From Candidatus Harpocratesius repetitus (GTDB lineage Archaea; Asgardarchaeota; Lokiarchaeia; Sigyniarchaeales; Promethearchaeaceae): DNA of 32,000 bases. Position 1 is the stretch's first letter, and each line of letters opens with the position of its first letter. The translations under genes and the position numbers were made by a program. The stretch covers positions 540,001 through 572,000 of the forward strand of contig JAIZWK010000001.1 of the NCBI GenBank assembly GCA_021498095.1, written 5' to 3'. The notes beneath the pieces are model-generated. The model saw only the letters and a program-made list of their open reading frames with translations, searched no databases and was not told the DNA's origin. Positions 1-8,282 of this stretch are shown one piece after another.

Positions 1-225
1 GCAGAACGAACTCAGAAAATGATTGGAACTTGGGAAACTAAATTCAGAGGATTCGATCTTTTGCATTTTGATTTTGAAACAAAAGCATTTCAATGTCAAG
101 GTTGCCCAAATCGTTGTGAAGTGGTTTCTGTATATATGCATAAAAAAGACGAAGAAACTGGAGAAGAGAAGAAAGAATTAGTTGCCCGCTGGGGAGATCG
201 TTGCGGTAAATGGGCTGTTTACTAA
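1..225 (+). CDS. C-terminal fragment of a CoA-substrate-specific enzyme activase / acyl-CoA dehydratase activase-type protein (5' partial)
   Basis: Frame 1 is open from base 1 (AERTQKMIGTW...). It carries FQCQGCPNRCEV and WGDRCGKW, the Cys-rich C-terminal signature of these activase-family proteins. The ATPase domains would lie upstream of the window. Confidence 0.65.
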   Translation, partial: AERTQKMIGTWETKFRGFDLLHFDFETKAFQCQGCPNRCEVVSVYMHKKDEETGEEKKELVARWGDRCGKWAVY

Positions 226-251
226 TCACTTTAAATTAAGGGTTTTTAATC

Positions 252-503
252 ATGGATAACAATAACTTTTCTATTTCGCAGAAAAATAAGTTAAATGAAA
301 AATCATCTTCAATCAAATCTTTAATTGATGTAGATAAAGTAATTAGTGATATAAAAAAAATAGCTAGACAAATTCAAACTCCTTCAGATTTATTGGATTT
401 AACTTGGGAACAACTAATTCCTAAGATAGTTAAGGAAAAAACGGATGACTTTTTCCAAAACGCTCAAAAAACGATTGATTATTTTTTCCGACACTTAATT
501 TAA
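252..503 (+). CDS. Small hypothetical protein (83 aa)
   Basis: ATG-initiated ORF 26 bp after the previous stop, filling the gap on the + strand. Amphipathic helical composition, no recognised motif. Confidence 0.55.
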   Translation: MDNNNFSISQKNKLNEKSSSIKSLIDVDKVISDIKKIARQIQTPSDLLDLTWEQLIPKIVKEKTDDFFQNAQKTIDYFFRHLI

Positions 504-515
504 TCTAATTTAATC
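496..515. repeat. 10-bp tandem duplication TAATTTAATC x2 spanning the stop codon of the 83-aa ORF
   Basis: Read directly: 496-505 and 506-515 are identical, followed by a degenerate third copy. Confidence 0.8.
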
Positions 516-532
516 TAAATCTGATTGAAATC

Positions 533-544
533 AAAAAAAAAAAG
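533..544 (-). terminator. Oligo-T (T12 on the minus strand) archaeal-type terminator
   Basis: A12 run on the + strand 16-27 bp beyond the stop of the minus-strand gene 561..2294. Confidence 0.55.
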
Positions 545-560
545 TAGTAAAAAAGAATTA

Positions 561-2294
561 TTATAATTTTCTGACTAATTTTTTATTTTTTTTCGATTTA
601 GGCTTCGATTCTGGTTTTTCTACTTTAGATGGTGTTTTATCAACCTCAATATTATCTGAACTTTCTGTATCACTTTCTACCTCAGAAATTTGGGATTTTT
701 GCATTAAACGTATCTTCAATCCTGTATAAGAAGTTGCAAAAACTAAAACTCCACCAATAATTATTCCAATAACAAACATAAGCCAAATCATGGAATTAAA
801 TGTTTTAGTTGTTTCAATTTCAAATTTAACTGGATCGGATAATTCAGAAGTTAATCCATCAGTATCTTGTATGAGAATTTGAACTGTCCATGTCCCAGCG
901 GCTAATTCTGCGGTATTTAATTGGAATTTCTCGGTTTCAGAGTATTGGTAAGGAATAGTATATTGTTTTTGAGTTCCTGTTGCATCATGGGTTAAAATAA
1001 TAGTAATATATGCATATACTTCTTTATTATTTTCATGATTCAAAGCGATAATACTCGCATCCTCATCATCAATTACATCAAACGTGAAATTTAAAACTTC
1101 ATTTTGAGTAAAGCTTAGAGGTTCTCCATAAAAACCATTAATGTAAAATTTATTTACTTCAGGAGCATTATTCTTGAGTTGAATTTCTATGGTTTCACTT
1201 GATTTACCAATTAACGTTTCATTATCAGTTGCATATTCTCTTAATTCAACATTCATTGTAATTACTCCGATATTGATTGTTGTAGGAAAGAGAACTTCTT
1301 TTTCAAATAACCATGAAGTTTCAGTTAAATTTGGTAAAATATCATTGTAATCACTGAAGAAAATAGCAGTTCCACTAATTGGATCTTTAGCAGTGATTGT
1401 GATTCGAAAATTTTCAAAATGACCATCAATATCTGAAGCATTAAGTCGAAGTTTAAAGTTTTCTCCTCGATATACAGGAATACTTGTGGAATTGACTTGA
1501 TTATATATACTTTCGCCGATTTCTAATTGTATTGCATCAATAATAGGATCGTTATTCAAGATCTCAAAATAATATAAATCAACATTTCGTTCATCAGCAT
1601 CCCAACAAGTTGCATTGATGTAATAATTTCCTAGTGCAGTATCATTCGCAATATCATAAGAATACTCAAATACTGACTCGTTGTTTACAAAAATCTCGAT
1701 AGGTGTTGCTGAACCAGATCTATATAAGCTAATCATCCAAGTTAAATCTCCAACAGCTTGTTCAACATCTGATGGGAAAAATTCCATGTTAATTGTTTCT
1801 TCTCGATAATATTCTTCTTTATCTAGTTGAACAGAAACAGATGGCTTATTATTCTCAATAATAAATGAAGCATCTGGATCATTGTTTTCTATTCCACCAG
1901 AAGTTCCTTGAATATAAACATTAGCTTGTCCTGTAATATTATAAGCATCTGGAGTAAATAGCACAGACCAAACTTGAGGATTACTTGTTGTGTTAGCCAT
2001 TGGTAATAAAAGACTAGAATCATCTGCAAAAGTAATATTTGCGTTAAATCCCGGAGAACTTAATAAATGAGAATTATTGAAAGTAATATTCACCGATTGC
2101 AAAACGCGTTTTATAGTGCTACGATCAATAGTGACGTCATCTGATGTGATTTGATCTGCTGCAGATACTGGTTGAGTTGACGCTTGATTATAAGAATGTC
2201 CAGAATATCCGGTCAATGTTGGAAAAATAATTCCAAAAATTGCAATAGAAACAAGAATAGTTATTATTTTCTGATTTTTGTTCATTTTCTTCAC
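561..2294 (-). CDS. Membrane-anchored surface glycoprotein with tandem Ig/cadherin-like beta-sandwich domains
   Basis: Basic N-terminus plus hydrophobic signal/TM (IITILVSIAIFGIIFPTL). Recurrent domain-start motifs NNKPSV, NNDPII and NNAPEV. About 13 N-x-S/T sequons. C-terminal TM (MIWLMFVIGIIIGGVLVFA) followed by an acidic then Lys-rich tail. GTG start at 2294, alternative ATG at 2285. Confidence 0.7.
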   Translation of the reverse strand: MKKMNKNQKIITILVSIAIFGIIFPTLTGYSGHSYNQASTQPVSAADQITSDDVTIDRSTIKRVLQSVNITFNNSHLLSSPGFNANITFADDSSLLLPMANTTSNPQVWSVLFTPDAYNITGQANVYIQGTSGGIENNDPDASFIIENNKPSVSVQLDKEEYYREETINMEFFPSDVEQAVGDLTWMISLYRSGSATPIEIFVNNESVFEYSYDIANDTALGNYYINATCWDADERNVDLYYFEILNNDPIIDAIQLEIGESIYNQVNSTSIPVYRGENFKLRLNASDIDGHFENFRITITAKDPISGTAIFFSDYNDILPNLTETSWLFEKEVLFPTTINIGVITMNVELREYATDNETLIGKSSETIEIQLKNNAPEVNKFYINGFYGEPLSFTQNEVLNFTFDVIDDEDASIIALNHENNKEVYAYITIILTHDATGTQKQYTIPYQYSETEKFQLNTAELAAGTWTVQILIQDTDGLTSELSDPVKFEIETTKTFNSMIWLMFVIGIIIGGVLVFATSYTGLKIRLMQKSQISEVESDTESSDNIEVDKTPSKVEKPESKPKSKKNKKLVRKL

Positions 2295-2310
2295 TTCATT
2301 TACTTTTTCA

Positions 2311-5025
2311 TTACATTAATCGTTTTTTGTTTTCAAGAGCCATATGCTTCACAACTACAATTCCAATAATTGGTATTGCTAAAGGAAGAACATATCCAAG
2401 TAAAATACTTCCCAATGAAGGTTCCACATTTGTAGAAATAGTGTCTTGGTATAACATCATACCATTAATGTCATAAATCTCGATAGTATAAGATTTCATT
2501 CCCAATTCATAAGGATTACGGAGAGTTTCACCAATTGGTATACTTAAGATATTTTCTCCTGGAGCAACTTTAGTTAGGGAAGAAATAAGATTACCATTAA
2601 GATAGACTTTAATTTCTTGAATAGATTCCATATTATTTTGAACAGCACATATAAGGTTATTTTCTCGCCATTGATAAGCACTTTCTGGTGGAGTTAAATA
2701 TAGAATTTCAATTGGATTTTTTATAGTCGAAGATAATGAATAAGATTCGATTAAGGAACTATCTGATTCACGTTTAATCTGTAATTCATAATTTAAATCT
2801 CCTAAGGGTGCCTCTTGGTTAATAAATGAGATTAAATCAAGAGTTATCGATTGATATGCATTTAAATCAATGGTTTGATTCACAGTACTAATAAATTCAC
2901 CCGAAAATTCTAGAATTATTGATTCTGCAAAGTTTTTTGTATTTTCTACTGTTACTATAGTAGAAAAATTACGAGCTCGAAATACAGTAGCATCTTGTTG
3001 AACAGAAATTATCTCTATGGAACTAATAATTGAAAATGAGATACTTGCTTCATCATAAACTAATGAATTATTTAAAACTTTAATGAGAATTTCTGATTCG
3101 CCAAAATCTGCTTTTTGATTTACGTCTACAATAAAACTGAAATTATTTAGTGTTTCAGCGAATACTAACTGATTTTCAAAAGTTTCATTGGTTATGAAAT
3201 CACCTTCAATATCAATATCAACAGTGAAATTGTTCAATTTTTCTGAATTAATTGAAAATGATACATTTAATTCTGCTCCACATCTTATTTTCTTATTTTG
3301 AAGATCAAGATCAATAATATCAATTCCAGGTTGTAAATTAAAGGTTGCTGATGCGAATTTAGTGGAGATTCCGGTATAATTTACCCGTAAATCGACAAAA
3401 TATTCACCAAAATCCATATCTTCACTAAAATTGAAGAGTAATGAACTTTTCCCAGAATTATTTCCAAAAATGGAATAACTTTCTAAAATACTTCCATTTG
3501 GTGATCGAAATACATAAAAGAATGAAGCATTTATGATTTCATATGATTTTTGTTGTGTAAAAGCACCAGCAGTTAATGAAAAATCAAAAACATATTCTGC
3601 AGAAACGTTTAATGGACTTTCTTCTCCCTTAATGAACTCTGTTTGATTTAGATTTAATGAAACTGAAGATTGTTGAGCAAATTCATTAAACTCTATATAA
3701 GTTTTTAATAAATAACTATGAACCTTCAAGCTTTTCGTTGTATCAAATTGGGATGAAGTACTATTTAGTGAAGTATAATAATTTCCATAAACAGGATCTC
3801 TAAGATTTTTCTGTATTCCTTGATACATTTCCATACAAATTTGGTAATAAGTAAAATTACCCGTAATCTGGAATAATTTTTCAATAGCTATCATCATTAT
3901 TGCATTAGCTTCAACATCAATGGTTTGATCAATGACAACAGCACCTGCTTTAGACATGGCATTCATAAACAATGAATAGTTATCATTCCAAAGATGATTA
4001 TAAAAATTATTGAAAATTGCTTCAGCTTTTTCTACTCGCTGATAATTTGCGTTTTCAACTAATTCATCAGAAAGGAACCATTCAAGGAGAGCTAAGATAC
4101 CATAAGCATTTGTTTTCAAGTCTCGAATAGATGAAGAAAGAGTAGTGCTAAGATCAATATCTCTTTTATAATCAAAAGCATTTTCACTATAAATTAAATA
4201 GTTTGCAGATGCATATTCATCGATTAATATCTCCATAATTTTATTTGCTTCAGCTTTTGCAGTAGCGGCATCAGCTAAGCTATATTTATTAATCAAAAAT
4301 CCAGATAATGCAACTAAAAATTGATCTTCTATATATTTCTGTCCGTCAGAATTAGTATGATTATACAATAAATTATCAGAATCTAAGAATGAATCAGCTA
4401 ACACTTCCCATTGAGCATGAATTAGACCAGATGCTTGTGATTTTGTGGAAGTATCTTCTAACAACTTATTTAGTGATAAGATATATTGAGCATTTCCTTT
4501 TAATTCTTTCACTGATGAATTTGATTGCGTATCTGCAGTAATATAAGAATAAAAGCCGGGATCATTAGTGGATTCATCCCAAAATGGATAATCTTTTAAA
4601 TTCTGAAAATAAGCAAGAATTTGGTTGTTAGAGTAACCAACTAAACTTGCTAATCCATCTAAAAATATAACAGTATCTTCAAAATAATGATGATTATCTG
4701 TAATATTTTCTCCCGATCGATCTGTTTGAGAATAGTATAGAGGCAAATATTGATCACTAGGGGATTTTGGGAGTGTGGCATTATTTATCAACAATTCTAC
4801 CCAATTAAGATAGGGAGTTGAATTGCGTAAATATGGTAATGTAGTATAATCTGAACTGCTTTGGTCAGAGAGAGTTGTTGATTCAAAGTGTGAATCAGGA
4901 TTTAAATTGTTATCTATTGGGATATTGGGAGATCCTCCTTGAATTAGCATGGGAAGGAGAAGAAGCACCATTACAATCCCCAAAAAACCTATTTTTACGT
5001 TTTTCCGCAACGTCTGTGGTGTCAT
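2311..5025 (-). CDS. Membrane-anchored surface glycoprotein: (alpha/alpha)6-barrel-like N-terminal half plus several Ig-like domains
   Basis: N-terminal signal/TM (IGFLGIVMVLLLLPML). Six similarly spaced helical motifs (YFEDTVIFL, ELKGNAQYI, YIEDQFLVA, DLKTNAYGI, DVEANAIMM, SLKVHSYLL) suggest a six-hairpin glycosidase-like fold. Beta-rich C-terminal half, about 20 N-x-S/T sequons, C-terminal TM. Stop is 16 bp from the next gene, so probably an operon. Confidence 0.65.
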   Translation of the reverse strand: MTPQTLRKNVKIGFLGIVMVLLLLPMLIQGGSPNIPIDNNLNPDSHFESTTLSDQSSSDYTTLPYLRNSTPYLNWVELLINNATLPKSPSDQYLPLYYSQTDRSGENITDNHHYFEDTVIFLDGLASLVGYSNNQILAYFQNLKDYPFWDESTNDPGFYSYITADTQSNSSVKELKGNAQYILSLNKLLEDTSTKSQASGLIHAQWEVLADSFLDSDNLLYNHTNSDGQKYIEDQFLVALSGFLINKYSLADAATAKAEANKIMEILIDEYASANYLIYSENAFDYKRDIDLSTTLSSSIRDLKTNAYGILALLEWFLSDELVENANYQRVEKAEAIFNNFYNHLWNDNYSLFMNAMSKAGAVVIDQTIDVEANAIMMIAIEKLFQITGNFTYYQICMEMYQGIQKNLRDPVYGNYYTSLNSTSSQFDTTKSLKVHSYLLKTYIEFNEFAQQSSVSLNLNQTEFIKGEESPLNVSAEYVFDFSLTAGAFTQQKSYEIINASFFYVFRSPNGSILESYSIFGNNSGKSSLLFNFSEDMDFGEYFVDLRVNYTGISTKFASATFNLQPGIDIIDLDLQNKKIRCGAELNVSFSINSEKLNNFTVDIDIEGDFITNETFENQLVFAETLNNFSFIVDVNQKADFGESEILIKVLNNSLVYDEASISFSIISSIEIISVQQDATVFRARNFSTIVTVENTKNFAESIILEFSGEFISTVNQTIDLNAYQSITLDLISFINQEAPLGDLNYELQIKRESDSSLIESYSLSSTIKNPIEILYLTPPESAYQWRENNLICAVQNNMESIQEIKVYLNGNLISSLTKVAPGENILSIPIGETLRNPYELGMKSYTIEIYDINGMMLYQDTISTNVEPSLGSILLGYVLPLAIPIIGIVVVKHMALENKKRLM

Positions 5026-5135
5026 TCCTAAATTCTACCTATAATGTTTTCGAATCTATATCAAAAAGTTCAAGCAATAAAAAAATAAAAAGATTATAGA
5101 ACGTATTGTTGAATAAAGGAATTTGTCGATTACAC

Positions 5136-6257
5136 TCAGAAAAAGGAAAATCTTGAAGATTTTGTGTAATTACCAACAATTGGAATTTTTTCACCACATT
5201 TTAAGCAAGTATTCTCGGAAGATAATCCTGGTGCAGTAACATTGTATCCTTGTCGTGAAATAATCAATTCACCGCATTTAGAACAATATGTATTATTTCC
5301 CTTAGTAGTATATACATTTCCCATATAAACGTAATGCAAACCAGCAGACTTGGCTTCTTTCCAAGCAAATTTTAGAATATTTTTTGAAGTAGATGGATTA
5401 TTCATCCGATATCGTGGAGTATAAGCTGAAAAATGTAAAGGAGTATCGCTACCCAAATTCTCTAAGACCCACTTTATTAAAGCACGAATTACAGAAGGAG
5501 AATCGTTTTCACCTGGAATTAATAAATTAGTGATTTCTAAATGGACATTATTTTCTTTAAAGAATTTGCATGTATCTAACACAGGTTGAACAGAGTGAAC
5601 TCCAACAATCCTTTTATAAAAAGAATCTTCCATTGATTTGATATCAATATTTGCTGCATCAATAAAGTTAATAAGCTCAGAGTTAGCCTCTGGGGAAGAA
5701 TATCCGTTAGAAACTAAAATATTCTTTATTCCTTCTTTATGGGCTAAAAGAGAAGTATCTTTAATAAATTCAAACCAAATTGTTGGTTCATTATAGGTAT
5801 ATGCAATTGAAATTGATTTTGACCTTTTAACTTGGGAAATAACTTGTTCTGGTGTCCTTTCTGTTAATAAAAATGAATGAATTCCAAAATCTTGTTGATC
5901 TTTCTGAGAAAATAATGCAATTTTTCCGTCTTCTGAAGGATATGACTGAGATATTTCCCAATTTTGACATTGTTTACATCTAAAATTGCATCCTATTGTT
6001 GCAATCGAAAATGCTTGGCTACCTGGAAAAAAATGATATAATGGCTTCTTTTCCACTGGATCATTGGTTCCAGGAGAAATTAATGCCCCATAATCAAGAG
6101 AATAAAGTTTGCCATCTAGATTGATTCGTGTTCGGCAGAAGCCTCTACGATTTGGATTAATAATACAATAATGAGAACAAACATTACATTTCACTTGCTT
6201 ATCAGCAGGATTTCCATAAGATTCCCACAACTCTGCGATTTTTTTCATCGATACCAC
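5136..6257 (-). CDS. AmmeMemoRadiSam system radical SAM enzyme
   Basis: N-terminal CNVCSHYC...GFCRTR, family motif DPVEKKPLYHFFPGS, radical SAM CxxxCxxC (CNFRCKQCQNWEISQ), YTYNEPTIW, PLHFSAYTPRY and C-terminal CSKCG/CLKCG zinc ribbon. Confidence 0.93.
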   Translation of the reverse strand: MVSMKKIAELWESYGNPADKQVKCNVCSHYCIINPNRRGFCRTRINLDGKLYSLDYGALISPGTNDPVEKKPLYHFFPGSQAFSIATIGCNFRCKQCQNWEISQSYPSEDGKIALFSQKDQQDFGIHSFLLTERTPEQVISQVKRSKSISIAYTYNEPTIWFEFIKDTSLLAHKEGIKNILVSNGYSSPEANSELINFIDAANIDIKSMEDSFYKRIVGVHSVQPVLDTCKFFKENNVHLEITNLLIPGENDSPSVIRALIKWVLENLGSDTPLHFSAYTPRYRMNNPSTSKNILKFAWKEAKSAGLHYVYMGNVYTTKGNNTYCSKCGELIISRQGYNVTAPGLSSENTCLKCGEKIPIVGNYTKSSRFSFF

Positions 6258-6289
6258 TTTTTCATTAGAATTAAGGGAGGTAATAACAT

Positions 6290-7246
6290 TTAAAGCTTTT
6301 CGGCTTGATCCTTATGTGCTTCGTGTAATGCTTTACGTTCTTCATGCATTAATTCTTTTGGACTATATCCTAAAGTTAGTAGAAGCAAACGCATAGATTC
6401 AACCGCTTCTTTATGATCTGAAATTGTATTAAGATATACAGCCAATTTGAAAGTTTGGAGATACACATTTTTAGCTTTTTCCATATCTCCTAATTTAACA
6501 TAGCATTCACCAATAAAACCTTCTGCTAAATACATTTTCTCTAAATCGCCTAAATTATAAGCAATATTATAAGCTCTCTTAAAATAATTGACAGCAGTAC
6601 TATATTCTTCAAGAATCTGACAAATTACGCCTAAATCTATCAGTGTCTTAAATTGTCGTTCGGGTATTTTTATTTGGATCCAAAAATCAAGGGCTTTTCG
6701 CTTTAATTCTAAAAGCATGTCATACCTTTCGAGTTTTTCATAATGCTCAAGTAATATTTGAATAGTTGCAGCAAATTGCAACTCATCTTCTAGATAAATA
6801 GCCATTTGCAAACCTTTCAAAAGAAAATTTGTTGCTTTAACTTCCTCTTTCATTTTCAGATAACATATTCCTAAATTCTGTAAAGTTGCAATTCTTTCGT
6901 TTAAATAATTATGTGTTTGCCAATACTCGTACGCTTCTTCATTATATCGAAGTGCAAGCCCAAATTCACCCATTTGAATAAATAATGATCCTAAACTCCC
7001 CTTAACATTTGCAATTTTGAATTCATCATGTAATTTCTCATATTCAGATAAAGCTAATAAGAAATATTTACGGGCTTCAGTTAATTTTTCCTTTTTCCAG
7101 TAAAAAATCCCTAAATCAGCTAAGATTAATGCCCGTTGTTCTTGAATTTGTGGGGTTTCATGGTGTTTATAAGTTTCCTTTAATTCTTGTAATCCTAAAA
7201 AAATAGATTGATCTAAATCTTCAAAATTATCCTGCTTTTTACTCAT
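6290..7246 (-). CDS. Tetratricopeptide repeat (TPR) protein
   Basis: Successive TPR-type units (LADLGIFYW..EARKYFLLAL; KGSLGSLFIQMGEFGLALRYNEEA; LQNLGICYLKM; LIDLGVICQIL..AVNYFKRA; EGFIGECYVKLGDMEKAKNVY). Confidence 0.88.
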   Translation of the reverse strand: MSKKQDNFEDLDQSIFLGLQELKETYKHHETPQIQEQRALILADLGIFYWKKEKLTEARKYFLLALSEYEKLHDEFKIANVKGSLGSLFIQMGEFGLALRYNEEAYEYWQTHNYLNERIATLQNLGICYLKMKEEVKATNFLLKGLQMAIYLEDELQFAATIQILLEHYEKLERYDMLLELKRKALDFWIQIKIPERQFKTLIDLGVICQILEEYSTAVNYFKRAYNIAYNLGDLEKMYLAEGFIGECYVKLGDMEKAKNVYLQTFKLAVYLNTISDHKEAVESMRLLLLTLGYSPKELMHEERKALHEAHKDQAEKL

Positions 7247-7274
7247 AAGTCAACAAAGGAATTCAATGCAAAAT

Positions 7275-7284
7275 AAAAAAAAAA
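7275..7284 (-). terminator. Oligo-T (T10 on the minus strand) putative terminator
   Basis: A10 run on the + strand about 60 bp past the stop of minus-strand gene 7345..8196. Confidence 0.35.
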
Positions 7285-7344
7285 GAACTCTAAAAATATT
7301 TTAATAAAAATTTACAATTTTAAAATTTAATAAATCTCTAAATT

Positions 7345-8196
7345 TCACCATAATCCTTCTTTCAAAGTATCAAAACTGCGAATTTTTATACGGTTTACAT
7401 CTTTCTTAAATCTATACTTGACTATATCTTTCAACATGTTTAGATATTCTTCACGTAGTGGCTTTTTAAACTCTTTCTTAAACTTCTTTATTAGATCTTC
7501 TTCATATATATCTTTATTTTCGATTTTTTTTGCAATAAATTCAGCATGTTTAAATATTTTTTCTATCTCTTGTTGCATTATTATTTCTTGAGAAGAATCA
7601 TCTAGAATTGATAAAGCATTATTAATTAAATCCTTCTCGATATTAAGAGATATATGCTCCCAGGGTGAATTTGCTAAAACACCAGTAGGACTTATTACTA
7701 AAGCCTCGCTGATCTGAGTTTTTAAATAATCTTCTTCCTTTATTGTAGAAACTTGGACTAAATTTTTCCTATATATTTCAGGTAAGAACTGATTAAATAG
7801 ATGAGAAATCATTGCAGTCTTACTTTTTTCACTCTCAGTTCGGAGAAAAATAATAGGAAAATTACATAAAATTGCATGAAGACAAGAGCTTAAAGCATAA
7901 TCACCATATGTGGATATTAAATCTCGAATGAATATTTTTCCTTCTATAGCTGCTTTCTTTATTTTGGAAAGATCAATTGCCATATCTATGGATTCATATC
8001 CTCTAATCTTTCCATCATTAGATACAAAAGCAATAAACTCATGTTCGCAACATATCCCAGCATGGACTTGTACCTTTAATGTTCCCATTTTTTTATTCCC
8101 AAACAAATATTTTGGAACAGATATATGCTTTGTTTTATTACAATTTGGGTTAGGACATTCAACTAATACTTCGATACTTTCTTGAGAATCTTGCAT
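7345..8196 (-). CDS. Hypothetical protein with Cys/His-rich (probable Zn-binding) N-terminal domain and a possible DENN-like C-terminal domain
   Basis: CPNPNC...GICCEHEF near the N-terminus. I prefer the ATG at 8196 over 8259 because the extra 21 codons overlap the promoter of the divergent gene. The segment LSSCLHAILCNFPIIFL...ISHLFNQFLP recalls the cDENN core (inference only). Confidence 0.7.
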   Translation of the reverse strand: MQDSQESIEVLVECPNPNCNKTKHISVPKYLFGNKKMGTLKVQVHAGICCEHEFIAFVSNDGKIRGYESIDMAIDLSKIKKAAIEGKIFIRDLISTYGDYALSSCLHAILCNFPIIFLRTESEKSKTAMISHLFNQFLPEIYRKNLVQVSTIKEEDYLKTQISEALVISPTGVLANSPWEHISLNIEKDLINNALSILDDSSQEIIMQQEIEKIFKHAEFIAKKIENKDIYEEDLIKKFKKEFKKPLREEYLNMLKDIVKYRFKKDVNRIKIRSFDTLKEGLW

Positions 8197-8282
8197 TATT
8201 TTTTGTTGTTGTTGGGAAGGAATAAATATTTTTTGGTTAAGGAAGGATATATAGTACAATTACTAATAATGAGCGACTTTAT

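Noticed and set aside
44-229. Short antisense or overlapping ORFs in the supplied track (44..229, 2184..2369, 4875..5099, 7910..8185, 10453..10641, 10684..10947, 11780..11980, 14419..14631, 16054..16275, 16992..17180, 18913..19098, 19718..19924, 20394..20597, 20667..20876, 26866..27108, 29145..29354, 29822..30004, 31701..31994)
   Set aside because: They overlap longer, motif-bearing genes on the opposite strand or in another frame and show no recognisable motifs. They are shadow ORFs; the last three lie opposite the smc gene.
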